A stretch of DNA of 32,000 nt from Candidatus Saccharimonadota bacterium (GTDB lineage: Bacteria > Pseudomonadota > Gammaproteobacteria > Enterobacterales > Enterobacteriaceae). Shown here in pieces: positions 1-9,935 of this stretch (position 1 is its first letter; every line of letters starts with the position of its first letter). The notes beneath the pieces are model-generated. The model saw only the letters and a program-made list of their open reading frames with translations. It had not been told where the DNA came from and searched no databases. The position numbers were made by a program, and so were the translations under genes. The DNA is taken from positions 210,001-242,000 of the forward strand of contig CP001817.1 in assembly GCA_000217635.1 (NCBI GenBank), in the 5' to 3' direction.

Positions 1-63
1 GAAATTACATTAAATGTATTTATTATTTTTTTATCAACAAAACATATAATTTAGGGTAATCTA

Positions 64-735
64 ATGAATTTTTTTAATGCCGAATCATATATTTATGTTA
101 AATTCTTTATTAGTCTTTTTACAATTATTAATCCAATTGGATTAATTCCGGTTTTTATTTATTTAACGAATTCACAAACAAGTAGTGAAAGGAATTCAAC
201 AAATATCAGAGCTAATTTTACAGCTTTAATTATTTTGCTTTTTTCTTTATTTTATGGTTATCGTATTTTAAATTTTTTTAATATATCTATTGATTCTTTT
301 CGTATTGCAGGTGGTATATTAGTTGCAATGTTTGCATTTTCTATGATGAATGGTACATTATTACAAAATAGAGTACAGATTAAATCTAAAAATGTTTCTT
401 CTAATATCAATAACCAAAGTACATCATATAAAAAAGAAGATATTTCGATTATTCCTTTAGCTATGCCATTTATAGCAGGTCCTGGCGCGATAAGTTCTGT
501 GATTCTTTGGAGAATGCAATATTCTAATTTATATAATTTAATTGGATTTTCTGTTGTAATTTTATTTTTTTCTTTTTTTTGTTGTTTAACATTTAAAATA
601 GCTCCATATATTACTTCAATAGTAGATGATATTTACATTAGAATAATAAATCGTATTATGGGTTTATTATTGTTATCAGTAGCAATAGAATTTATTTTTA
701 ACAGTATTAAAACAATTATATTTAGTTATATTTAG
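64..735 (+). CDS. MarC-family (UPF0056) multi-pass inner-membrane protein
   Basis: 223-aa ORF, hydrophobic throughout. It has the IPLAMPFIAGPGAISS block typical of the MarC/YchE/YhgN family and sits next to lipB. Confidence 0.75.
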   Translation: MNFFNAESYIYVKFFISLFTIINPIGLIPVFIYLTNSQTSSERNSTNIRANFTALIILLFSLFYGYRILNFFNISIDSFRIAGGILVAMFAFSMMNGTLLQNRVQIKSKNVSSNINNQSTSYKKEDISIIPLAMPFIAGPGAISSVILWRMQYSNLYNLIGFSVVILFFSFFCCLTFKIAPYITSIVDDIYIRIINRIMGLLLLSVAIEFIFNSIKTIIFSYI

Positions 736-808
736 ATTTTTTTGTATTTTTTATATATTTAATTTTATAGAATTATATAATTATAATTTTTACAGTTAAA
801 AAATTAAT

Positions 809-1444
809 ATGCATATTATTATTCGAGATTTAGGTTTGTGTAGTTGGTTATCAATTTCGAAAGCTATGAATGATTTTACAAAGATTCGTAATTATTGGAC
901 GTGTGATGAACTATGGTTAACAGAGCATTATCCTGTTTTTACTTATGGTTTATCAGAAAAAAATATAACTTATCATTATATTAACAATATTCCTATATTT
1001 TTATCAAATCGGGGAGGAAAAATAACATATCATGGTCCAGGGCAATTAGTTGTATATATATTATTAAATTTAAAACGTAATAAAATTAAATTTAGATATT
1101 TTATTAATACTATAGAAAATATAGTTATCCAAGTATTACGTTATTTTTATATTTCAGCACATATTAAAAAAATAAACCGGGAGTATATATTAATAACAAA
1201 AAAAATATGTTCTCTTGGTTTACGTATTATTAAAGGTTGTTCCTTACATGGTTTTTCATTAAATGTTAATATGAATTTAATTCCTTTTCAATATATACAT
1301 CCATGTGGAGAAAAAAACATTAAAATGACACAAATTTATCATTATAACAAAAATATTAAAATACATATAATTAAAAAAATTTTAATACAAAAGTTTTGTA
1401 AAAATTTTAAAATTTTAAAATATTGTAAATATTCAAGTCAATAA
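809..1444 (+). CDS. lipB: Octanoyltransferase LipB; the ORF is open but carries an internal compensated double frameshift
   Basis: 211-aa ORF collinear with E. coli LipB (EHYPVFT, RGGKITYHGPGQ, KKICSLGLR, HGFSLNVNMNL). The conserved PGVY block is not in the annotated frame. It is readable in another frame between A-runs 1166-1172 and 1198-1205. Confidence 0.85.
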   Translation: MHIIIRDLGLCSWLSISKAMNDFTKIRNYWTCDELWLTEHYPVFTYGLSEKNITYHYINNIPIFLSNRGGKITYHGPGQLVVYILLNLKRNKIKFRYFINTIENIVIQVLRYFYISAHIKKINREYILITKKICSLGLRIIKGCSLHGFSLNVNMNLIPFQYIHPCGEKNIKMTQIYHYNKNIKIHIIKKILIQKFCKNFKILKYCKYSSQ

Positions 1445-1510
1445 TATTAAATTTTTTAAGTAATTAATATTATTTATAAAATAAAAAATATAATTATAAA
1501 GATAATATAT

Positions 1511-2456
1511 ATGAAAAATAATAAAATAAATAAAAAAAAATCTTTAAATATACCAACAAATGATATTACATCAAATATAAATAAAATAGAAAAAAATATA
1601 AAAATATTAAAAAAACCAGACTGGTTACGAGTTCGTTTTCCAGTCATTACAACAAATATCAATAATATAAAATCAATACTACGAAAAAATAAATTATATT
1701 CTGTTTGTGAAGAAGCGCAGTGCCCTAATTTATTTGAATGTTTTAATCGTGGAACAGCAACATTTATGATTTTAGGTTTTATTTGCACTAGAAAGTGTCC
1801 ATTTTGTGCTGTTAAAAAGGGTCGCCCAATTGTTCCAGATTATTATGAACCGCAGAAATTATATAATGTTGTTATGAAATTAAAATTGAAATATGTTGTA
1901 TTAACGTCTGTAACACGAGATGATTTACATGATGGTGGAGCTCAACATTTTTATAATTGTATACGTTTTATTCGTAATATTAAAAATATTAAAATTGAAA
2001 TATTAGTTCCAGATTTTCGTAATAAAACAAAAATTGCTTTAAATATTTTTCAATCTTGTCCTCCGGATGTATTTAATCATAACATTGAAAATGTTCCACG
2101 ACTATATCCTAGTATTCGTCCGGGATCAAATTATCACCATTCATTAAATTTTTTATATACATTTAAAAAATATTGTCCGAATATTCCTACTAAATCTGGA
2201 TTAATGTTAGGTTTAGGAGAACGTCATGACGAAGTGCTTTCCGTTTTAAAAGATTTAAAAAAAATATGGTGTTTCTATAGTTACATTAGGACAATATATG
2301 CAACCTAGCCAAAAACATTTACCTGTTAAAAAATATATTAGCCTTGAAGAATTTTCTGTTTTTAAAGATTATGCATTATCTCTAGGTTTTAGTCATGTAT
2401 TTTGTGGCCCCCTTGTTCGGTCTTCTTATCATGCCGATCAACAAAATTTATCTTAA
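1511..2456 (+). pseudogene. lipA: Lipoyl synthase LipA, frameshifted in an A8 run (may be rescued by slippage, or a homopolymer sequencing error)
   Basis: The 1511-2264 part carries CEEAQCPN and the radical-SAM CTRKCPFC motif. The next frame continues [15 protein letters not shown]...[13 protein letters not shown] to a stop at 2454-2456. Removing one A from 2257-2264 gives about 314 aa collinear with E. coli LipA. Confidence 0.88.
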
Positions 2457-2647
2457 TAAAAACATTTTTTGTATAAATTAAAAAATATTTTTATATATAA
2501 CAGTGATTTTAAAAAATAATATTTATTATAATATCTATATATTATTAATTAATTTTTATAATTTTGATATATATTTGAATATAATATTTTTTAAAAAATA
2601 TCTTTATTTGTTTTATTTTATTTTTAATTATAAATTATTGTTGTATA

Positions 2648-2739
2648 AATTATTAAACTTCTTACGCATCATATATAAAAACACCAATAAAAACTTTTAT
2701 TGGTGTTTTTATATATGATGCGTAAGAAGTTTAATAATT
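2648..2739. repeat. Perfect inverted repeat (45-bp arms, 2-nt centre); candidate bidirectional intrinsic terminator for convergent lipA and sppA
   Basis: Checked base by base: 2648-2692 pairs perfectly with 2695-2739. The inner part reads AAAAACACCAATAAAA-AC-TTTTATTGGTGTTTTT. The right arm overlaps the sppA stop codon (2731-2733) and its last two codons. Confidence 0.9.
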
Positions 2740-4596
2740 GATTTGGTAATTTAAACAAAGCGCTAAATATCTATTATTTTTAATATACTCTTGAATTGAA
2801 TTAACCATATTTATAGGAAAAAATATTGTATTCCACATAATATGTGGTATGTATAATGATAAATTTTCTTTCAATGATTTGTTAATTATATTATATATTT
2901 GATGTATATAATTAATTAAAAAATTATTTGGTTTTTTTAACCATACAATCTCATATTTTTTTAATTGTGTTAATTTTGCTGCTTTTATAATAGCAGAATC
3001 AAAATCTCCTAATTGATCTACTAACCCTATATCTTTTGCAGTTTTCCCTATCCATACTCTTCCTTGAGCTATTTTATTAATTTGTTGAAAAGTTTTATTT
3101 CGCGCTTTAGCTACCAATTTAATAAATTTTTTATATCCCTTGCAAATATTAATTTTCATTACTTTTTTTTCTTCAAGCGTTAAATTATTATATGAATGAA
3201 AATTATTAATAGGGAATGTTTCTGATCCAATGTTGTAAATTCCTAAAGTTGATAATGTTTTTTCAAACGTTTGCAAAACTGAAAAAATTCCAATTGATCC
3301 AGTAACTGTTAGAGGATGCGCTATAAGAAAATTTCCTCCCAGAGCCATCCAATATCCTCCAGAAGCGGTAACATTACCCATTGAAATCACAATTGGCTTG
3401 GTACTATTACGAATGATGAATATTTTTTTTCTAAGCATTTCAGAAATATTCGCATTTCCTCCAGGGCTATTAATTCTTAAAACAATAGCACGAATTTTAG
3501 GATCATTTTTTGCATATTGCATTTGTTCGATAATAGATGATATATTCATTGCTTTAGAATTATGTATATTATTATCGATTGTTCCGTTTGCAATAATAAT
3601 AGCGATTTTTATTAGGTAATTTGGATAATTTTTATTTTTAAAAATATAATTATTAATATCGATTGAATTAAATTTTTTATTTTTTTTATTCATTCCAAAT
3701 TTTTTTATTAAATATTTATTAATATTAAAATAAGTATCAATTTTATCAATTAAGTGATGTTTAAGTGCAATATATGTGATTGAATTTTTATTTTTTTTTA
3801 ATGCATGTATAATTCTATATGATATAGGAAAAATATCTTCTTTCGTTGTTCTTCTGTTTTTTGCAATAGTTTCTAAATATTGTTGCCATATTGTATTCAT
3901 CCAACTTGTATTAATAATTTTATGAAAATTAGAAGGACCATTATGTAAAAACGGTTCAACGGCAGATTTATATTTTCCCACACGAAATACATGTATATGT
4001 ACTTTACATGTATTTAAGAAATCTTTAAAATATAATTGTTTACTAGAAAATCCGTGTAATTTAATTTTTCCGTGTGGTAGCAAAAATATTTTATTTGCAA
4101 AACTAGCTAAATAATATTGAATTTGCGTGTACTGAGATCCGATAGCATAAATACATTTCCCAGATTTTTTAAATTCATTTAATGCTTTTCCGATATAAGA
4201 TAAAATTACTGGGTTGCTAGTAAAATTACTATACATTTTTAATATTAATCCGGTAATTCTTGGATCTTTTTTTGCTTGCCTAATTTTTTTAACGATTTTA
4301 AATACTGAATTTTTGGTATCTTTATTATTTAAAAAATTTAATTGATTACAAGAATTATTTTTTAGATATTGTGTATCTATTGCTTTTTCTTCTAAATTAT
4401 TATTTAATTTAATAATTAAAGCGCTATTATATTTAGGTCGATATAATCTATTTGAATTATTTTTTTTGAATATATCCATAATCCAATGCCGATAATAAAA
4501 AAGATAAACAATACATTTAATAATATTTTCTGTAAAAATATTAAAGATCCAATAAAGATATTTAAATGGTTGTATTATTTTTAAAAAAAATTTCAT
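2731..4596 (-). CDS. sppA: Signal peptide peptidase A (protease IV), S49 family
   Basis: 621-aa ORF, similar in size to E. coli SppA (about 618 aa). It has a duplicated S49 architecture, an N-terminal membrane anchor, and GNVTASGGYWMA and QGRVWIG blocks. Confidence 0.9.
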   Translation of the reverse strand: MKFFLKIIQPFKYLYWIFNIFTENIIKCIVYLFYYRHWIMDIFKKNNSNRLYRPKYNSALIIKLNNNLEEKAIDTQYLKNNSCNQLNFLNNKDTKNSVFKIVKKIRQAKKDPRITGLILKMYSNFTSNPVILSYIGKALNEFKKSGKCIYAIGSQYTQIQYYLASFANKIFLLPHGKIKLHGFSSKQLYFKDFLNTCKVHIHVFRVGKYKSAVEPFLHNGPSNFHKIINTSWMNTIWQQYLETIAKNRRTTKEDIFPISYRIIHALKKNKNSITYIALKHHLIDKIDTYFNINKYLIKKFGMNKKNKKFNSIDINNYIFKNKNYPNYLIKIAIIIANGTIDNNIHNSKAMNISSIIEQMQYAKNDPKIRAIVLRINSPGGNANISEMLRKKIFIIRNSTKPIVISMGNVTASGGYWMALGGNFLIAHPLTVTGSIGIFSVLQTFEKTLSTLGIYNIGSETFPINNFHSYNNLTLEEKKVMKINICKGYKKFIKLVAKARNKTFQQINKIAQGRVWIGKTAKDIGLVDQLGDFDSAIIKAAKLTQLKKYEIVWLKKPNNFLINYIHQIYNIINKSLKENLSLYIPHIMWNTIFFPINMVNSIQEYIKNNRYLALCLNYQINY

Positions 4597-4996
4597 ATTG
4601 TTTTTTTCCTAATATTTTATATATTATCTTAATATATAAATATTATCTTAAAATATATAATATATAACTGATATTATATAAAAGTATAAAATTTTAAGTT
4701 GTTTTTATGTTTTTTTAAATATTTTAATATTTTTTTTAAAAAAATTTTTATAATAAAATATTTATTTTTTTATATATTTTTTATTTATATATAACAAGAT
4801 ATTTACATTAATAAATAATATTATATTGAATATAAATTCTTTGCTACTTTAATAGTTTCCTAAGTTAGGAAGTTAATAAAAATTTTTTTATATATATAAT
4901 CTTTTAGTATTAAAAACATTAAAATAATTAATTTAATAAATAAATAAATTTATTAATAAAATGTTTAAATGTTATGGTACATATACAATATAATAT

Positions 4997-5407
4997 TTAA
5001 ATAATACACATATTCGGTAAATTTTTTGGTTTTCCATTTAAATCTAAAGCTACATAGATAAATATTGATTTTGCTACACAAAAATATGCTCCAAAATTTT
5101 TTTTAGAAACCTTCTTAGTCCACATTTCAATTTGAATAGTCATTGATGAATTACCAATTTTTATGCATTTTGCATAACAAAAAACTAAATCGCCTGAAGA
5201 GATAGGTTGTAAAAATGTTATATAATTTACATGTACAGTAGAAACTTTATTTCCAGAAATTTCTTTAGCTAAAATAGCACCGCCAATATCCATTTGAGAC
5301 ATAATCCATCCTCCAAATATATTTCCATTCACATTTTTTTTTGAAGGCATTACTAATGTCTTTAACATTAAATTTTTTTGAGATATAATATTATTATTTT
5401 TTTTCAC
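4997..5407 (-). CDS. yciA: Acyl-CoA thioesterase YciA (hotdog fold)
   Basis: 136-aa ORF. The NGNIFGGWIMSQMDIGGAILA block and the size match E. coli YciA. Confidence 0.85.
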   Translation of the reverse strand: MKKNNNIISQKNLMLKTLVMPSKKNVNGNIFGGWIMSQMDIGGAILAKEISGNKVSTVHVNYITFLQPISSGDLVFCYAKCIKIGNSSMTIQIEMWTKKVSKKNFGAYFCVAKSIFIYVALDLNGKPKNLPNMCII

Positions 5408-5536
5408 ATGTTATTCACTATAGTATAGTATTAATTTTTTATTAATAAATATGGATTTTTTTATAAATGTTTTATATGTCACTATTTCTTATTTAGATAT
5501 ATTATTTTATTAATTTTTAATAACCGAGTTAAATAA

Positions 5537-5560
5537 CTTTTAAATCATTAGATTTAAAAG
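5537..5560 (-). terminator. Candidate hairpin downstream of yciC (10-bp AT-rich stem, 4-nt loop)
   Basis: cttttaaatc (5537-5546) and gatttaaaag (5551-5560) are reverse complements. The hairpin lies 34 nt past the yciC stop. The stem is AT-only, so support is weak. Confidence 0.3.
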
Positions 5561-5593
5561 ATACTGCTATCTTAGTGATTAATTATATTTGAG

Positions 5594-6346
5594 CTATATA
5601 ACGTTTTTTAGTTTTATTAAAGCATTAAATCGAAATAGATAAATAATAATATATGCATACCCAAAATTTAGAAAAAAATTTATTATAAATACATTGATAT
5701 TAACAGGAAAAATATACAATGTTATAAAAAAGGTAAGTATTATCCATTTTAAAAAGTTCCAAATTAAAATGGGTACGATCATAATATATATATTCTCCCA
5801 TGAAATTAAAATACTATTTCTTAATGAAGATAATATATTCCTATTTTCTATTATTAGAAGCACAGGTGATAATGGAAGCAGAATATTTAATAGAATCCCG
5901 GGTGCTGTAAAAAAAATAAATCCTATTTCTATTATAAAAAAATTTAAAAATATTAATGGTAATAATCGCGGGATATAACTAATTGATTGTATTATTATTT
6001 GGTATATTCCTTCTTGTTTTTTAGAAACAATAGATTGTATTAAAAGTATTATAGATCCATATAAAATTGTATTATTTAGTAATAAAGATAATGTCTTGAC
6101 ACAAAAAACATGTAATATAATTTTTTTTTGTTCAGGTGTTATGTTTTTTATTATTTGAAATAATGAATTTTGTTTTAAACATAATGTTTCATATAACATT
6201 GATAATTCATTTATATGAGGACCAATAATATATTGAATTATTATTGTTAATAATGAACATAATATTGATAAGATAATTATATTGACAATTTGTTTTTTAA
6301 AAAATCGGTAGGAATCACTACTAATGGTATATATCATAGCAAACAT
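5594..6346 (-). CDS. yciC: UPF0259 inner-membrane protein YciC
   Basis: 250-aa hydrophobic ORF. It is collinear with E. coli YciC (YRFFKKQ..., ITPEQKKIIL, C-terminal IIYLFRF) and sits between trpA and yciA as in enterobacteria. Confidence 0.75.
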   Translation of the reverse strand: MFAMIYTISSDSYRFFKKQIVNIIILSILCSLLTIIIQYIIGPHINELSMLYETLCLKQNSLFQIIKNITPEQKKIILHVFCVKTLSLLLNNTILYGSIILLIQSIVSKKQEGIYQIIIQSISYIPRLLPLIFLNFFIIEIGFIFFTAPGILLNILLPLSPVLLIIENRNILSSLRNSILISWENIYIMIVPILIWNFLKWIILTFFITLYIFPVNINVFIINFFLNFGYAYIIIYLFRFNALIKLKNVI

Positions 6347-6533
6347 ACATATGTCCTTATCAAAATTCTTTTTTTTTAAAAAATTTTATTAATATAGGTT
6401 TAGGTAAAAAATATTTTTTTAATTTGTCATAAGAACAATATATTTTTTAAAATATTTTTAATGTAACATAATATTTTACAAATAAAAAATAAATATGTAA
6501 ATAATAATATTTATTGTTTGATTATAAGAAATT

Positions 6534-7349
6534 TTATGAAATTTGTTTGGTTGCATTTTTTAATGGAATTACAATTTTTTTTATTTCTTGTATTAATTGA
6601 ACACTATTCGAAATATTTTTTTCAATACTATTTATAATAAACGAGCCGCAGATTATCCCTCTTACACCATTTTGTAATGATTTTTTATTTGTTCTTTTGT
6701 AAAAATTCCAAATCCTTGTACAATAGGTTTTGAATGATATTTTTTAATTTTTATCGTTTTTTTTTAATGAAAATTTTATTGTAGTTTTTTGTAATCCAGT
6801 AGTACCGGATCTTGATAATAGATATATATATCCTTGACTATATTTTGATATTTTTTTAATTATTTTTGTTTCAGCATCAGGAGGGCAAATAAATACTTGA
6901 GCGATATTATATTTCTTAGAGGTACGTCGAATATCACTAGATTCTTCATAAGGCATATCTGCTATTAATATAGAATCTATTTGTATAGAAGAACATTTAG
7001 CATAAAATTTTGAGATTCCATAAGAAAAAATAATATTCATGTATACTAAAAGTCCAATTGGAATAAACGGATATTTTTTTCTAATAATATGTAACATTAA
7101 AAAACATTTTTTTACTGTCATTTTACTAAAAAAAGAACGTAAATGTGCTTTTTGTATAATAATTCCATCTGCAATAGGATCAGAAAAAGGAATGCCTAAT
7201 TCTAAAGCATCAACACCACTTTGAATAAGTACATCAATAATCTTTAAGGATACATCTATAGATGGGTCACCTAATATTATAAATGGAATAAAACACCCTT
7301 CTTTATTTAATTTTAATTTTTTTAATAAAATTTTATATCGTGATTTCAT
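6534..7349 (-). pseudogene. trpA: Tryptophan synthase alpha chain, two homopolymer frameshifts (one extra base, then one missing) with an intervening stop
   Basis: The N-terminal 201-aa ORF carries EGCFIPFIILGDP, ALELGIPFSDPIADG and YLLSRSGTTG. The middle block TIKIKKYHSKPIVQGFGIFTKEQIK is in a second frame. The C-terminal block KSLQNGVRGIICGSFIINSIEK...stop at 6534-6536 is back in the first frame. With both corrections the protein is 271 aa and collinear with E. coli TrpA. Confidence 0.88.
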
Positions 7350-8535
7350 TGTTATTCTCAGTATTTATCATTTTCTTAATAGTAGACATATCTTTATCCC
7401 CCCGACCAGATAAATTTACTATAATTGTTTGTTTTTTAGAAGGAGAATTATTCATTAATTTTAATGCATAAGCTAATGCATGTGAAGATTCTAAAGCCGG
7501 GATTATCCCCTCTTTTTTAGATAATAATAAAAAAGCCTGAACTGCTTCTGTATCTGTAATTGATACATATTTTACTCTTTTAATGTCATGTAACCAAGCA
7601 TGCTCTGGACCGACAGCAGGAAAATCTAAACCGGCAGAAATTGACCAAGAATCACTTATTTGCCCGTCATTATCTTGCATTAAATAAGATTTCATACCAA
7701 AATAAATTCCTATTTTTCCTTTTTGTATAGCAGAACCATGTTTTTTTGTTTTTAAACCTAACCCGGCAGGTTCTACTCCAATTAATTTAACTTCTTTATT
7801 TTTTATAAAATTATTAAATATTCCTATAGAATTAGAACCTCCTCCAATACAAGCAATTATTTTATCTGGTAGTTTTTTTTCTTTAAGTAAAATTTGTTGT
7901 TTTGTTTCTTTTCCAATAATTTTTTGATATTCTCGTACAATTGTGGGATATGGATGAGGTCCTGCTGCTGTACCTAACATATAATATGCGTTAGAATAAT
8001 TTTCTGTCCAATCTCGTAATGCTGCATTACATGCTTCTTTTAGTGTTTTAGTACCTATTGATACAGGAATTACTGTTGCTCCCATAATTTTCATTTTTGC
8101 AACATTAGCTGACTGTCTTTTAATATCTTTTTCACCCATATAAATACGACAATTTAAGTTAAATAATGCTGATGCAGACGCAGATGCTATTCCATGTTGT
8201 CCTGCTCCTGTTTCTACAATGATATTATTTTTATTCATATATTGTGCTAGTAATATTTGTCCTAGTACTTGATTGGTTTTATGAGCCCCTCCATGTAATA
8301 AATCTTCTCGTTTTAAATAAATTTTTGTATTAGTACCTTGTGTTAAATTATTACATAAAGTCAAGGGTGTAGGTCGTCCAGCATAATTTTTTAATAAATT
8401 AGATAATTTATCTTGAAAAATTTTATCATGTAAAGAATTAATAAACGCATTTTCTAATTGATATAATGCCGGCATTAAGATTTGAGGTACATACATTCCA
8501 CCAAATTTTCCAAAATAAGGGTTTAGTAATGTCAT
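7333..8535 (-). CDS. trpB: Tryptophan synthase beta chain
   Basis: 400-aa ORF with [11 protein letters not shown], the PLP-lysine region [11 protein letters not shown], and GGGSN. It overlaps the trpA start by 17 nt. Confidence 0.95.
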   Translation of the reverse strand: MTLLNPYFGKFGGMYVPQILMPALYQLENAFINSLHDKIFQDKLSNLLKNYAGRPTPLTLCNNLTQGTNTKIYLKREDLLHGGAHKTNQVLGQILLAQYMNKNNIIVETGAGQHGIASASASALFNLNCRIYMGEKDIKRQSANVAKMKIMGATVIPVSIGTKTLKEACNAALRDWTENYSNAYYMLGTAAGPHPYPTIVREYQKIIGKETKQQILLKEKKLPDKIIACIGGGSNSIGIFNNFIKNKEVKLIGVEPAGLGLKTKKHGSAIQKGKIGIYFGMKSYLMQDNDGQISDSWSISAGLDFPAVGPEHAWLHDIKRVKYVSITDTEAVQAFLLLSKKEGIIPALESSHALAYALKLMNNSPSKKQTIIVNLSGRGDKDMSTIKKMINTENNNEITI

Positions 8536-8558
8536 ATTTTTTCTTTTTTTTAAAAGTT

Positions 8559-9935
8559 TTAGTTTTTTAATATATATTGTGCTGGAAAATTTTTTATAAT
8601 ATTAAACGCGTGTCTAATTTTTTTAGAATCTTTAATTCCCGGAGAAATTTCTAATCCTGAATTTAAATCTAAGCCACAAAAACCTAAAGTCGATGCTTGA
8701 AATATATTATTTAATTTTAAACCTCCTGCTAACATCATCTTGGAAACATTATTTTTTTTTAATAATATTCCAATCAAATTTTTTCCGGTACCTCCATTTT
8801 TATGGTCTATTAAATAACAATTTATATAGTTATATCTTTCTATAGGAAAATTATTAAAAACTGGTAACGCTTTCCAGATCTTTACATTTTTTGGTAGTAA
8901 ACTGCGTAATTTTTTAATATAATCTTGATTTTCTTGTCCATGTAATTGGACTACTGCTAAAGATAATTTTATTACTCTGGATAAAATATATTTCATACAA
9001 GAATTATAAAAAACTCCAACATATTTTAATTTAACTTGACTAGTTATTTTTTTGCAATCGCGTAGTTTGATATATCGAGGAGATTTATAAAAAAATAAAC
9101 CTCCATAGATGCTACCGCTTTTTTTTACAATAAATGCGTCTTCTACTCTTGTTAATCCGCATACCTTGTTCTTTCCATATATCATGCTACATACAGTCTT
9201 TTTAAGAGAATTGGATTTCATTAAATGACTACCTATTAAAAATCCATTAACGTAACGACTTAACATACGAATTTGTTTATATTTATTAATTCCGGATTCA
9301 GAAATAACAATTCGATCTGAAGGAACTAGAGGTGCGATACGACATGTTGTCTTTAAATCTATAGATAAATTTTTTAAATTTCTATTATTAATTCCAATTA
9401 TATCTGCATTAAGTGATAATGCACGATGTAATTCTGATATGTTATGTACTTCTGTAACAATATCGATATTCATTTTTTTTGCTACATTAGACATAATAAC
9501 ATATTGAGAATTACTTAAAATAGACATCATTAATAAAATAGCATCGGCTTGATAATATCTAGCGTAATAAATTTGATATGGATCTATAAAAAAATCTTTA
9601 CATAAGAGAGGTTTATTAGTGCATTGAGATGCTTGTTTTAAATACTTAAATTTACCTTTAAAAAATTTATTTTCTGTCACAATAGATATTGCACTGGCAT
9701 ATTTTTTATAAACTTGGATGATTTTTGGAATATTAAACTTAGTTCTTAATAGTCCTATAGAAGGAGAAGCTTTTTTACATTCTAAAATAAATGCTGGGTT
9801 ATTTTTTGTATTTCTTTTTAAAAATTTTTGATTTTTTATATTGCTATAAAATGATTCTAATGGCTTTTTTAATTTATGTAGTTTTATCCATTCATTTTTA
9901 TAGTGTAATATATTATTTAATGTATTACTATTCAT
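8559..9935 (-). CDS. trpC: Bifunctional indole-3-glycerol-phosphate synthase / phosphoribosylanthranilate isomerase
   Basis: 458-aa ORF with the size and domain order of E. coli TrpC(F). It carries [15 protein letters not shown], then a PRAI half (KVCGLT..., VQLHG). Its start overlaps the trpD stop as TAATG. Confidence 0.93.
   Translation of the reverse strand: MNSNTLNNILHYKNEWIKLHKLKKPLESFYSNIKNQKFLKRNTKNNPAFILECKKASPSIGLLRTKFNIPKIIQVYKKYASAISIVTENKFFKGKFKYLKQASQCTNKPLLCKDFFIDPYQIYYARYYQADAILLMMSILSNSQYVIMSNVAKKMNIDIVTEVHNISELHRALSLNADIIGINNRNLKNLSIDLKTTCRIAPLVPSDRIVISESGINKYKQIRMLSRYVNGFLIGSHLMKSNSLKKTVCSMIYGKNKVCGLTRVEDAFIVKKSGSIYGGLFFYKSPRYIKLRDCKKITSQVKLKYVGVFYNSCMKYILSRVIKLSLAVVQLHGQENQDYIKKLRSLLPKNVKIWKALPVFNNFPIERYNYINCYLIDHKNGGTGKNLIGILLKKNNVSKMMLAGGLKLNNIFQASTLGFCGLDLNSGLEISPGIKDSKKIRHAFNIIKNFPAQYILKN

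Noticed and set aside
1474-1788. 104-aa minus-strand ORF overlapping the lipA 5' end
   Set aside because: It is antisense to a well-supported gene, its composition is dominated by I/F/L/K from AT-rich codons, and it has no recognisable motif or SD sequence. This is a typical spurious ORF in AT-rich DNA.
2503-2718. 71-aa plus-strand ORF in the lipA-sppA spacer
   Set aside because: The peptide is N/I/Y/K/F/L low complexity with no SD sequence, and it runs into the palindrome. This is expected by chance at this base composition.
3398-3619. 73-aa ORF antisense to sppA; similar antisense or alternate-frame ORFs occur at 5694-5978, 7039-7224, 13686-13868, 17433-17687, 18991-19203, 22533-22742 and 27439-27630
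   Set aside because: Each lies entirely within a gene that has strong homology support in its own frame. None has motifs of its own.
4857-4871. 15-nt palindrome ttcctaa-g-ttaggaa in the sppA-yciA spacer
   Set aside because: It is too short, with effectively a 5-bp stem once a viable loop is allowed, and it has no U-tract in the orientation relevant to yciA.
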